64,000 bases of DNA from a virus (IMGVR_UViG_3300043399_000676), one strand, 5' to 3'; positions 46,045-55,919 are shown, numbered from the stretch's first letter. Notes: generated from the letters alone by a model not told the origin. Numbers and translations are program-made.

Positions 46045-48107
46045 TTCAAATCAAACACGTTACGCTAAAAAACTTCCTAAGCATTGGACAAGCAACACAA
46101 TCTGTAAATTTTGACAGCAAAGATTTAACTCTCATCTTAGGTGAAAATTTGGATTTGGGTGGTGACGGTGCTCGTAACGGCACTGGGAAAACCTCTCTGA
46201 TCCAAGCATTGTGTTATGGATTGTTTGGTCAACCAATTAACAATATTCGAAAGGATAATCTAATCAATCGTACAAATGGCAAAGCAATGCTTGTAACGGT
46301 TGATTTTAGTGTTGGGAAAAAGAACTACCGAATTGAACGGGGAAGGAAGCCAAACATCCTTAGGTTTTATGTTGACAACGAACAACAAAAAACCCAGGAT
46401 GATGCTCAGGGTGAGAACAAAGAGACACAAGCAGCAATTGAAAAAATTCTTTGCATGTCACCTGACCTCTTTAGACACATTGTTGCCTTAAACACCTATA
46501 GCGAACCTTTTCTGGCCATGAAAACAAATGATCAGAGAATGATTAGCGAACAATTGCTGGGCGTTACTCTACTAAGCGAAAAGGCAGAAAACCTAAAGAC
46601 GCTAATCAAAGAAACTAAGGATTCAATCCAATCAGAAGAGTTCAGAATCAAAGCCATTGCGGAAGCAAACAAACGGGTATCTGAACAAATTGAAAGCCTA
46701 AAACGTAGAGAAAAACTTTGGATTGCCAAGCACAATGAAGACCTGAATAAACTTATCACCGAATACGATGAGCTATCCAAAATTGACATTGTAACAGAAT
46801 TGCAGGCGCACAAAGATTTAATGGTTTGGGTCGATGCAAAGAAACACAACGATGATTATGAATCGTTGTTGGCTCGCCAATCTGCTTGGAAACAAAAGCA
46901 ACAAACGGATATCCAAACACTAGAAAAAAAGCTTGCGAAACTAAACAACGTTGATATTCTTTCAGAGCTAAAGGCGCATAAGGAGTTGGCGTTATACAAC
47001 CAACTTGTCAAAGATGCTGCAAACCAAGCGACGGAGAAAAAACGCATCATAAAGGATTTGGAGAAAGCCAAATCGCAAGTTACCAAATTCACCGAAGAGG
47101 TACAAACTCTTCTTGATCACAAATGTTATGCATGTGGTCAAGAATTTCATGATGCTAGTCATACTGAAGTACTTGCAAAGAAACAACAGTCCCTAGCAGA
47201 AGCAGAAAGTGATGCTACTCAATTGCAGAGTAAACTATCAGAACTGAATAATTCTGAGATTGTTGTAGGTGAAAAACCCGAAACTCATTATAAGCTTGAA
47301 TCAGAGGCGTTTCAACATTCTGGATTGATTCAACAAGTCGAAGGACAAATCCGAGACAAAAAGAATGAGATTGATCCATATGCAGAACAAATTTCAGAAA
47401 TGACTCTAATTGAGTTAGGAGAAAAACCCAAAACCCATTATACTACAGAGGCAGAGGCAGTAAAACATAGTTCTCGTGTAGATACTTTGGGATCGGAAAT
47501 TTTAAAGAAAACCGAGGAGTCTGATCCATACTCAGAACAAATTTCAGAGATGGAGCAGAATGCAATCCAAGAAGTCAACTTTGATACTATAAATGACCTG
47601 AATGCAAAATTAGATCATCAAAAGTTCATTCTTGATCTTCTAACCAGTAAGGATAGCTTTGTCAGAAAGAAAATTATTGACCAAAATTTATCATACTTGA
47701 ATCGAAGGCTTACACATTATCTTGACAAAATGGGACTACCGCATCAAGTTGTTTTCAAAAACGACCTATCAGTCGAGATTACCGAACTAGGTAGAGACTT
47801 AGACTTTCATAATCTTTCCCGTGGAGAAATGTCCCGAGTGATTCTATCGCTATCATGGGCGTTCTTGGACGTTTGGGAATGCCTATACCAACCAATTAAC
47901 CTACTGTTAATTGATGAATTGCTTGATGGTGGCATGGATTCAATTGGAGTAGAAAATGCAATGAGCATTCTAAAAGAAATGAATCGCGGACGTAAGAAGT
48001 CGGTTTGGCTAATTTCTCATCGTGAAGAACTAGTTAGTCGTGTAGGTAGCGTTCTAAAGGTTGTAAAAGAAAATGGTTTTTCTACCTATCAAAGTGACGA
48101 GACATAA
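46041..48107 (+). CDS. gp46: Recombination exonuclease ATPase subunit (Rad50/SbcC-like)
   Basis: KNFLSIG, Walker A NGTGKT, CYAC zinc hook, LSRGE signature, LLLIDE Walker B, ISH. Confidence 0.93.
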   Translation: MIQIKHVTLKNFLSIGQATQSVNFDSKDLTLILGENLDLGGDGARNGTGKTSLIQALCYGLFGQPINNIRKDNLINRTNGKAMLVTVDFSVGKKNYRIERGRKPNILRFYVDNEQQKTQDDAQGENKETQAAIEKILCMSPDLFRHIVALNTYSEPFLAMKTNDQRMISEQLLGVTLLSEKAENLKTLIKETKDSIQSEEFRIKAIAEANKRVSEQIESLKRREKLWIAKHNEDLNKLITEYDELSKIDIVTELQAHKDLMVWVDAKKHNDDYESLLARQSAWKQKQQTDIQTLEKKLAKLNNVDILSELKAHKELALYNQLVKDAANQATEKKRIIKDLEKAKSQVTKFTEEVQTLLDHKCYACGQEFHDASHTEVLAKKQQSLAEAESDATQLQSKLSELNNSEIVVGEKPETHYKLESEAFQHSGLIQQVEGQIRDKKNEIDPYAEQISEMTLIELGEKPKTHYTTEAEAVKHSSRVDTLGSEILKKTEESDPYSEQISEMEQNAIQEVNFDTINDLNAKLDHQKFILDLLTSKDSFVRKKIIDQNLSYLNRRLTHYLDKMGLPHQVVFKNDLSVEITELGRDLDFHNLSRGEMSRVILSLSWAFLDVWECLYQPINLLLIDELLDGGMDSIGVENAMSILKEMNRGRKKSVWLISHREELVSRVGSVLKVVKENGFSTYQSDET

Positions 48108-48143
48108 AAAATATCGTATCATTAGACAATGATAAGTAGTTGT

Positions 48144-48713
48144 ATGCCATCAGCGTCAAAAATTAAAGGATCAGGATTTGAAAGGGAAATTGCAAAGTAC
48201 CTTTCAGACCTTTACGGAGAAAGTTTCGTAAGGGCCGCACATTCAGGAGCTTTCGTTGGTGGCACTAACCAGACTCGCAAGGAGTCATTATCTGAATCAC
48301 AGATCAGAGGTTTTAAAGGCGACATTATCCCGGGTGACAGTTTCTCTCTGCTAAACGTAGAGTGTAAATTCTACGGAGATTTCGCATTCCATAGTTTGTT
48401 TACTGGAAAACACAGCCAGTTAGACAAATGGCTTGAACAACTTCTTGATGCTGCTGATGAAGGTGATCTATCTGTACTTTTCATGAAGTTCAATCGCCGC
48501 GGTCGTTATGTTGCAGTTCAAGCTGCATTGACTTGGGTGACTGACTTTTTCTTCTTCTACGGAAGCAAAAAGTACGGAGATTGGTATATTATGGAAATGG
48601 AAACATTCTTTAGGCTCAACAAAGACTTATTTAAGGCATATTCAGGCACCACGCCACAACTCAATACTGACTCAAATAATAGCTCAACTGATACCAAATC
48701 TAACCCAACATAA
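48144..48713 (+). CDS. Holliday junction resolvase-like PD-(D/E)xK nuclease (start 48144 preferred over 48129)
   Basis: SK.KGS.FERE.A..L...F.R...SGA..GG...GDI...VECK motif; ATAAGTA box 5 nt upstream of ATG 48144. Confidence 0.75.
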   Translation: MPSASKIKGSGFEREIAKYLSDLYGESFVRAAHSGAFVGGTNQTRKESLSESQIRGFKGDIIPGDSFSLLNVECKFYGDFAFHSLFTGKHSQLDKWLEQLLDAADEGDLSVLFMKFNRRGRYVAVQAALTWVTDFFFFYGSKKYGDWYIMEMETFFRLNKDLFKAYSGTTPQLNTDSNNSSTDTKSNPT

Positions 48714-48734
48714 AACTCAAAATGAGGGCCTTTG

Positions 48735-49175
48735 CAGTTCTAGTCCGATGAAGAAGTAGAGAACTGAGACAATTTGTTTGATCGGGGCTTGCTCGATCCT
48801 CCTGGAGATTGTACAGGTTGTGCTGTGCCGTCAGATTCTGGAGAAGGCGATGTTGCGAAGATAAAGCAACATTCGGAATACCGACAGGGCTCTCGTTATG
48901 AGTGCGAACCCTGAATGAGTCTATAGCTTACTCTGTTTATTGCGGCTATAGAACATGCGTCGATTTCAACTAGTAAACCGTATCACATAAAAACTGGTAT
49001 AGGTTGAAGCTTGAACTGCGGCCCCTATGAATACCTTACAGGTCGACCGGTGGCGGTGCATCAGCCAGATAATAGCTATTTGCATCGAGGGGATAAACAG
49101 CAAAGGAGGAAACGAAAGTATCTTAACCTTTGGTAGTGCTGAAACAGCACTACCATGGATTCCTCGAAAGTGAGT
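48735..49175 (+). ncRNA. Candidate large structured non-coding RNA of unknown class (~440 nt)
   Basis: ORF-free, GC-richer than its flanks, about ten stems visible by eye; G.U-compatible pairs and GAAA loops favour the plus strand. Boundaries approximate. Confidence 0.6.
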
Positions 49176-49236
49176 AAAAGAAAGACAGATTAAATATTAC
49201 TCCTAATCACTTAAAGAATTATTAAGAATAAAAAAG

Positions 49237-49296
49237 AATCCTGAATGATTGCGAACGTAGTGAGCAAGAATGAAGGATTATTGACCGAAGGTCAAT
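49237..49296 (+). other. Two adjacent hairpins with GNA triloops; the first has three tandem G.A/A.G mismatches
   Basis: AATCCT-GA-AT-GA-TTGC-GA-AC-[GTA]-GT-GA-GCAA-GA-AT-GA-AGGATT and ATTGACC-[GAA]-GGTCAAT. Confidence 0.7.
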
Positions 49297-49326
49297 TACC
49301 TACTAAGAGAAATGAATAGCTATGGC

Positions 49327-52300
49327 TTAAGCTCTTGCGTAGTCCAACGACTTCCCTTGTAGTCTTGTCGATCTCTCTAGCAGATCAATCACCTCATCTA
49401 ACTTACTTAAAATCTCACCTCCCATCTTTAAATTACTAGAATCATCAGGTCTTGCTTGTGCATTTACAGCGGAGATCAATTGATCTAGTTTTCCTGAAAG
49501 AGCGGTTACACCAGACATATCTCCTTGTGATAATTTTTGTTCATTTGCAATGTTCATAGGAGCAGGTGCTCTTGCCATTTGAACTCCAGCTGCTGTTGCT
49601 TGAGGAGGTTCAGTTGGTGGGGTCGGAGCAACTATTGGGGCAGTCGTAGGTGCTGTTGTCGGGGCAGATGCGACTTTAGGTTCAGGTACAGTTACAGGCT
49701 TGTTTATGTCAGCAGGTATTGAACCAAACTGCGCTCTGTATTCATCCGCAAACGCCTGTGCCGCAGTCGTTGGTTTTTTCCTAGAGTTTGCAGGTGAAGC
49801 AGCCGATGCAACTGCGGTTGATCCAGTTGGTTGTGCTGGAGAGGTTGGAGCAGAGATTGAGCCGTCTAACTGTGCGTGTATATGACCACCGGTTGCGTTT
49901 CTACTGGGGTTATTATACTCATCAATTGCCCCACTGAATCCCATTTGTTTAAGCGCAGCAACAATTTGCTTGCCTTCTTCAACTGTTGGAGGCTTTGTCA
50001 AGGTAAAATCGACTGCTTTACCTTGAGTATGCATACTGTTTGGAGTTTCTCTGATATGGAAACGATCATTAAATCCAGTGAATGCATGGAATCCAGGAAT
50101 AGAGGATTGAATCTGTTGGGCTAGCCCTATCATTCTGCTATCTAATGACGCATTAGGTGCCTGAACATCTCCTTGCTTTATTTTCAATCCGGCTGCTCTT
50201 AGCATTTCTTCGCTTGAAGTTATGCTTGAAGCAGCAGAAGCTACGGATGGTGTTGCAGGAGATGAACCTAGAAGAGCCAACGCATTATTTTTTCTGTTTG
50301 CAACTTCAGTCCCGGCTGATCGCTCGTACTTTTTATCTACTACGGCAGCGGCATCTTCTGCGGTTCTTGTTTGACGCAGAGAATCACCTGCTTGTTTCTC
50401 AGTGTTTTTTAGTTCCCAATCAACATATGCAAGTTGTTCTTCAAGGGTGGCAGATTTGACTTCTTTTCCGTACATCTGACGAAACCGTTCAAGTCTATCA
50501 TTTCTCCATTGAGCGATTCCTTGTGCATTTTCTTTTTTGTTAAATGCAGTTGTTGACAGATCCTTACCAGATTCTTGTTGGAGATTACCAACAATGCCCG
50601 CTGCTTGCTCTCTTGTCCATCCCTGTTTGATAAAGAACTCCATTGCTTTAGTAGCGTTTGGAGTTGCGCCTAACCCTGCTGCTGCATTCCCACCTTGTGT
50701 TGCAGCGGGTAACCCGCCTAGTTCCTTCATTCGGGATTGGGCAGCCGCAGTTTCTTTAGCAACACCTAAGTCTACAGCACCCTTCATTCCCATTGATGAA
50801 AGGAAGGTGTTGAATGCTTCGTTGTTTTGTTTAAACTTTAATGGGTCAATCTTTAAATTGGCAAACTCTTCGAATTTTTCGGTTATGGTCTTGCCGTCAA
50901 ACTTCTTAGAAAGATTATCTGATATTGTGTTTGCTAACGTTGATCCCTTAACAGCCTTTACGTTAGAGAAGGCTTCCATGCCTTCAGCAAATGCTTTGAA
51001 ACCTTCAGCCTTAGTTTTGAAGTCTTCAATGCTGCCCGTGATTTTTATCTCACTGAATTTCAAAAGTTTCTTAGCAAGATCATCAATGTTAATACCAGCA
51101 CCAAAAAAGTCGGCTATCTTGGAGAGCAAGGTACTTGAACCTGTTCCTGCTCCTTGATACGAACTTAATGCTTGATCGAATGCAGCCAATGCTTCTGCGT
51201 TTCTAGTAACTATCTCTTTGCTTACGTTGATAGAGTTAAATGTTTCTATTTTTTTCTTCAATGAGGCAAGATCAACGTTTAGGAAGTCAAAGTTATTTAA
51301 CCAAGCTCCTGCACCTGCACCTGCACCTTGGTAAGAGCTTAACGCTTGATCAAAAGTTTTTAGTATGTCTGCATTTACTATAATCTTTTCCTTACTATTA
51401 GGACTAAATTGTGCAAATTCATCAATAAAACTTTTTATTCTCTTTGCTAAAGCTTCAAAGTCTACATTCAACGAATCGAAGTTATTTAACCAAGTACCTA
51501 CTCCTGCTCCTGCTCCTTTGTATTCACCTATCGCAGAGTCAAACGCCTTTAAAATGTCAGCGTTCGATATTATTATGTCTTTCTTAGATGAGTCAATCTT
51601 TTGATTTTCAAATGATTTAATGAAGCTGTTTATTCTCTTTGCTAAAGCTTCAAAGTCTACATTCAACGAATCGAAATTTCCAAGCCAATTACTAATGCTT
51701 CCGCCCTTGTAGCCACTCATTGCATCGTTAAATGCCTTCAGAGCGTTTGCATTTTTTGTAATTTTATCAGTGTCACCTAGTTCAAGCTTGCTAAAATCAA
51801 TAAATCTATCCCAAGGTGTTTTGACTTCGAAGAACTTCGACAACCCTTCTGCGATTCCGATAGAAATAGTTGTACCACCTTTAAGTTTAGACATTGCTTC
51901 GGCAAATGCTCTTAATGCTTCAGCGTTAGTTTTTACCTTGGGTGCATTTTCTATTGGTAACTTAGAAAACTCTACAAATCTGTCCCATGGGGTCTTGACT
52001 TCAAAGAAGTTTGCTAATCCTTCTGCAAGAACACCCGAAATTGTTATCCCACTCTTAAGGGCACTCAATCCTTCAGCAAAAGCTCTTAATGCCTCTGCAT
52101 TGTTTTTCACCTTGGCAGAATCATCTATTGGTAACTTAGAAAACTCTACAAATCTGTCCCACGGAGTTTTAACGTCAAAAATAGAGAAAAGTTTTTCTGC
52201 TATTGCACCTGTAATTGAAGCACTTCCGTTACTTAGGGCAGCCATAGCTTCCCCGAATGCTAGTAATGCTTCTGCGTTTGTTTTTAGTTTAGGTCCGTCT

Positions 52301-55300
52301 ATTGGAAGATTTGAAAAATCTGCAATCTTCTCAAATGGTGTCTTTCCGCCAAAGAACCCAACTAGCCCGTCGACGATACTCGATGCTACATTAGCAAAGC
52401 TTGCTGCCACACCACCGGCAGCAAATACAGCTAATCCACCGCCTAATGCGGTAATTCCTAATCCAACATCAACTAGGTTGTCACCATCGATTCCTGAGAA
52501 TGCTGCCACTCCTTCGGCAAATGTTGGAAGTGCCTTGCCTATTAACCACATTGATGCAGCAGCTCCTGCAGAAATCAATGCGATTGCACCGGAGAAGATT
52601 GCGGCTCCTTTAAGTATTAATGGATTAGCGAACGCAGTAAGACCACCTGCAATTCCTTGTAAAATGCCTTGAATTGCTCCACCTGCTCCTGCTCCAATGC
52701 CTTGGATGAATCCTCCTAGTCCCTTTCCTAAGTCAGTTATCTTACTACCAAAGCTAGGTCCGGTGCGTTCTGAAAGAGAGGATAAATTATCCATTCCCTT
52801 TGCTGACGTAGTAGGTAGATTTCCTGCAATACCTTCTCCGGCTTTTGCTGCTCGCAAGTCTTCAAAGAATTTTTTACGAGCGGCTTTCCCAGCTTCAGTT
52901 GATGCCCTGTTCCTGTATCTGATACTGCCACGTGTTTCCTTGAATGTTTTCAAAAATGCAGCATTATCTGCATCTCTTGCTTGTCGTTTTATAGAATCTC
53001 CTGTCCAACGAGGAGTTCCAATTCCTGTTGCAGCAGTGCTGACTGCCTTAGTAGCATTACCTGCTGTTGCTGCGGTATTTTCGGATAAGGTTGATCCTAA
53101 CTTTCCAGCAGCATCACCTAGTGGTTTTAATAGCTTCTTACTAAGGACAGTGGTAAGAACACCTGCTATTGCTATGCCAGCATAAGACCAGTCTAGTAAC
53201 TTATTGGAATCTAATTCAATTCCAGTTTTATCTTTAATCCAATCTCTAAATGTATCTACTGCGGTACTAAATTTGTCAACACCACTATTAAATTGAGAAG
53301 CATTAGTTGCGTATCTTTCAATTGCTGCACCCAATTGAGTAAACACCATAGCTTGAAGCTTTGCTTGTGATTGTCGATCATTCTCAACTGCCCCAATGTA
53401 TTTTTCTACATTTGGATCTAATTTTTCACCTCTCTTTTGAGCCTCTCTTTGATCTTCTACAAATTTGGCTATTGTCTCAGCGTCATCTTTTCCAGTTTTT
53501 TCTTTGACTGTTCTTCTCAACCCCTCTTGGGCACGGGTAAAATCATTTGCCGCTGCAAATGTGTCACCAAACAGAGAAGTAAATATGCCGCTATCGATCT
53601 TAACTCCACCGGCGTATATTTTTTGTTGTTTGGTAAGTTGCTCACCTACCGTTAGCATCGCTTGTGCAGTATCCTGCTTCTCTACTGCCTGCAATCCTCC
53701 TTGACCCATCATTGTTTGATAGGCTGCTGAATTCTTGTCAACCGCTCCACCTGCGGCGTAGTATCTAGCAGCACCTGCGGCTAGGTTAGTAAGCCCCTTT
53801 GCTTGTAGCTGAGTAGCAATATCTTCCGCTTTTTTTAGTCTAGCTGCCTTTTCGAAATCACCGCTTGCTTCTGCTTCGACTTGTGCAGCTCGCAATTCGC
53901 TTATAGATTGAATTGCTTTTCGCGCTTCTTCTTGCTCTTTTCTAGTTGCACCTGTTATTGCTGCAAGTTTGTCAAGCTCCTCCATATAAGCATATGCGCC
54001 TTTTGTAAGGTCTGCTTGTGACTTGTTTGCTAACGTTCCGCGTTTAGCTTCAGCAGCCATGTACTGCACAATATGCTCATTTTGCTCTTCAGTTGTAATA
54101 CCTAAGCGTAATAAGCTTTTTCCTAATTCATTTGTGGGGCTCGTTATCGAACTAGCAACAGAAACAAACTTGTCAGCGCCATCCCCAACTGAGGCACCGA
54201 ACAATTTCATTTCTTTTGCGTTATTGGTTATTAACGAAGTGTATTGTTCAGTGGAAATACCTAGCTTTTGTTGATTTCTAAAGATATTCTCAAAACCGCC
54301 GCTAGTTGTTCCAGATACTTTTCCAAGCTCATTGAATGATTTGTATAAATCCTCGCCTTGTTTAGACGCAAGCTCGTTTAACTTTGCACCTGCTTTTGCC
54401 GTAGTACCAAATAATGCAAGCGCACCGCCTGCAAATCTTGCTGCTAGTCCTAATCCAGGAATGAGCATTAATGCGAAGCCGATTCCTTGTGCAGCACTTC
54501 CTAGTGTGTCTGCAAACTTGGTAGTGGCTTCGGCACTAACCATTGCACCTCGTCTACCCTCATAAATTGCAGAGGTGTAGCTCTTTATAGCAAGAACGCT
54601 TCCGCTTATTGCAGCCGTAAGCAGTTGTGTGGTTGCACTAAGGCCTATGTTCTGTTTATTTGTCTCTAAAAACTGCTCTGAAAGCTTTGATGATGCTTCT
54701 CCTAACGAATTAATTCTCTTTGATGCGTATTGGAATCCTTCTAGGTCTAAATTCTTTTGTCGTTCTATTCTTTCTAAAACTTTTTCTAGCTTGTCAGTAT
54801 CAACTTCCGCGCCTTTTCCGATCTGTTCGGCGCCCCTTGGTATTTTTAAACTTTGTCTTTCGGCTTTAGTTAAACCTAGTTCATTTAGCTTTGCTAGCTG
54901 GTCATTATCAAGTTTTACAGTAGATCTACCTTCAACTTTAGCCTTTTCTAAAACGTCGTTTAGGTCAATATCCTTTTCAAGAAGGCCTTTTCTTTGATTG
55001 GATCTAAGATCGTTTACAGGAGATGCAGCAGAGGTAGTAGCTCCTGTTATTTCTACTAACTTTGCCTGAAGATCACCAAATATATCAATCAACGCTTCTA
55101 CTTGATTGTTGTATTCCTTTTGAAGAGGTATTGTCTTCTCTTTGGTTAACTTTTCCTCCTCTTCACGAAGCGGAATGGTCTTTTCTTTTGTATGTTGATC
55201 TACTGCTTCAAGAGTTGTGTCGCCTTTGACTGTGGTTTTTAATTCAGGTAGTTTAAATAAAGCAAGTTGGTTTCTAAACAGGTCAAATGCGTTTTTTGTT

Positions 55301-55893
55301 TCTAAAATGGATGCGTTCAATCCACTAGTGTCGATGCTCTTTATTTTTGGTAACGCAAGACTGGCTATCTTTCCTTTAAACTCTTCAAGATCAGTTTGAA
55401 TTTTGCCAATTGATTCTGTTAACCCACTGGTATCGATTGATCCAATAGCAGGTAATTCAAACCCTTTTATTAAGTTATTGAAGTTGTCAATCGATGATTG
55501 TATATCACCTATTGAGCGATTAACTGAAGACGTATCAAACGTAATATTTTCTAGTTTACTTTTGAATGTGGTGGTAGAGGCAAGGATGTCATTAAAAAAT
55601 GGATCTAATCTTTTGGCATCAAGAGACGTAACAAACATGTCAAAGACAGTTTTGACATCAGTTAAGCTTTTGTTGAAGTTATTCAGAATAGCCGCAGTTC
55701 TACCTTGAGTAGAAGCTAGCATGCCGAGATTAACTGAAATTTGCCTAAAGTTGTTTTGAAGGTCGCCTTTGGAGCTGTTTAAGTTGTTGTTTATCTGTGA
55801 TATTTCACCTGATGTACCAAGTAATGTATCTCGCATGCCTATTGTAGCGGCACGAAACTCTTCCAACAGTGCATTTAGTTCTTGATCATCCAT
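49327..55893 (-). CDS. Tape-measure-like tail protein (2188 aa) with C-terminal phage-tail-lysozyme and Zn-peptidase (M15/LAS-like) domains
   Basis: Long helical Ala/Gly-rich protein with 58-65-aa internal repeats; GWT..QAAGIVGNL.QES...GIAQW...R lysozyme motif; S.H..GKAVDF...HIH peptidase motif. Confidence 0.8.
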   Translation of the reverse strand: MDDQELNALLEEFRAATIGMRDTLLGTSGEISQINNNLNSSKGDLQNNFRQISVNLGMLASTQGRTAAILNNFNKSLTDVKTVFDMFVTSLDAKRLDPFFNDILASTTTFKSKLENITFDTSSVNRSIGDIQSSIDNFNNLIKGFELPAIGSIDTSGLTESIGKIQTDLEEFKGKIASLALPKIKSIDTSGLNASILETKNAFDLFRNQLALFKLPELKTTVKGDTTLEAVDQHTKEKTIPLREEEEKLTKEKTIPLQKEYNNQVEALIDIFGDLQAKLVEITGATTSAASPVNDLRSNQRKGLLEKDIDLNDVLEKAKVEGRSTVKLDNDQLAKLNELGLTKAERQSLKIPRGAEQIGKGAEVDTDKLEKVLERIERQKNLDLEGFQYASKRINSLGEASSKLSEQFLETNKQNIGLSATTQLLTAAISGSVLAIKSYTSAIYEGRRGAMVSAEATTKFADTLGSAAQGIGFALMLIPGLGLAARFAGGALALFGTTAKAGAKLNELASKQGEDLYKSFNELGKVSGTTSGGFENIFRNQQKLGISTEQYTSLITNNAKEMKLFGASVGDGADKFVSVASSITSPTNELGKSLLRLGITTEEQNEHIVQYMAAEAKRGTLANKSQADLTKGAYAYMEELDKLAAITGATRKEQEEARKAIQSISELRAAQVEAEASGDFEKAARLKKAEDIATQLQAKGLTNLAAGAARYYAAGGAVDKNSAAYQTMMGQGGLQAVEKQDTAQAMLTVGEQLTKQQKIYAGGVKIDSGIFTSLFGDTFAAANDFTRAQEGLRRTVKEKTGKDDAETIAKFVEDQREAQKRGEKLDPNVEKYIGAVENDRQSQAKLQAMVFTQLGAAIERYATNASQFNSGVDKFSTAVDTFRDWIKDKTGIELDSNKLLDWSYAGIAIAGVLTTVLSKKLLKPLGDAAGKLGSTLSENTAATAGNATKAVSTAATGIGTPRWTGDSIKRQARDADNAAFLKTFKETRGSIRYRNRASTEAGKAARKKFFEDLRAAKAGEGIAGNLPTTSAKGMDNLSSLSERTGPSFGSKITDLGKGLGGFIQGIGAGAGGAIQGILQGIAGGLTAFANPLILKGAAIFSGAIALISAGAAASMWLIGKALPTFAEGVAAFSGIDGDNLVDVGLGITALGGGLAVFAAGGVAASFANVASSIVDGLVGFFGGKTPFEKIADFSNLPIDGPKLKTNAEALLAFGEAMAALSNGSASITGAIAEKLFSIFDVKTPWDRFVEFSKLPIDDSAKVKNNAEALRAFAEGLSALKSGITISGVLAEGLANFFEVKTPWDRFVEFSKLPIENAPKVKTNAEALRAFAEAMSKLKGGTTISIGIAEGLSKFFEVKTPWDRFIDFSKLELGDTDKITKNANALKAFNDAMSGYKGGSISNWLGNFDSLNVDFEALAKRINSFIKSFENQKIDSSKKDIIISNADILKAFDSAIGEYKGAGAGVGTWLNNFDSLNVDFEALAKRIKSFIDEFAQFSPNSKEKIIVNADILKTFDQALSSYQGAGAGAGAWLNNFDFLNVDLASLKKKIETFNSINVSKEIVTRNAEALAAFDQALSSYQGAGTGSSTLLSKIADFFGAGINIDDLAKKLLKFSEIKITGSIEDFKTKAEGFKAFAEGMEAFSNVKAVKGSTLANTISDNLSKKFDGKTITEKFEEFANLKIDPLKFKQNNEAFNTFLSSMGMKGAVDLGVAKETAAAQSRMKELGGLPAATQGGNAAAGLGATPNATKAMEFFIKQGWTREQAAGIVGNLQQESGKDLSTTAFNKKENAQGIAQWRNDRLERFRQMYGKEVKSATLEEQLAYVDWELKNTEKQAGDSLRQTRTAEDAAAVVDKKYERSAGTEVANRKNNALALLGSSPATPSVASAASSITSSEEMLRAAGLKIKQGDVQAPNASLDSRMIGLAQQIQSSIPGFHAFTGFNDRFHIRETPNSMHTQGKAVDFTLTKPPTVEEGKQIVAALKQMGFSGAIDEYNNPSRNATGGHIHAQLDGSISAPTSPAQPTGSTAVASAASPANSRKKPTTAAQAFADEYRAQFGSIPADINKPVTVPEPKVASAPTTAPTTAPIVAPTPPTEPPQATAAGVQMARAPAPMNIANEQKLSQGDMSGVTALSGKLDQLISAVNAQARPDDSSNLKMGGEILSKLDEVIDLLERSTRLQGKSLDYARA
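51430..52165. repeat. Internal repeats of the tape-measure gene (about 174-bp and 195-bp periods)
   Basis: tctattggtaacttagaaaactctacaaatctgtccca twice (~51950, ~52124); ttattctctttgctaaagcttcaaagtctacattcaacgaatcgaa twice (~51435, ~51630). Confidence 0.8.
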
Positions 55894-55919
55894 TTTTTAT
55901 TTTCTGCCTATTTTTAGCC

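Noticed and set aside
48714-49326. tmRNA, RNase P RNA, tRNA, hammerhead or group I/II intron identity for the structured gap
   Set aside because: No tRNA-like ends or T-loop, no GAGGAAAGUCC, no CUGAUGA core, no group I R/S or group II domain V motifs, and the flanking genes are intact and convergent. A covariance-model search is still needed.
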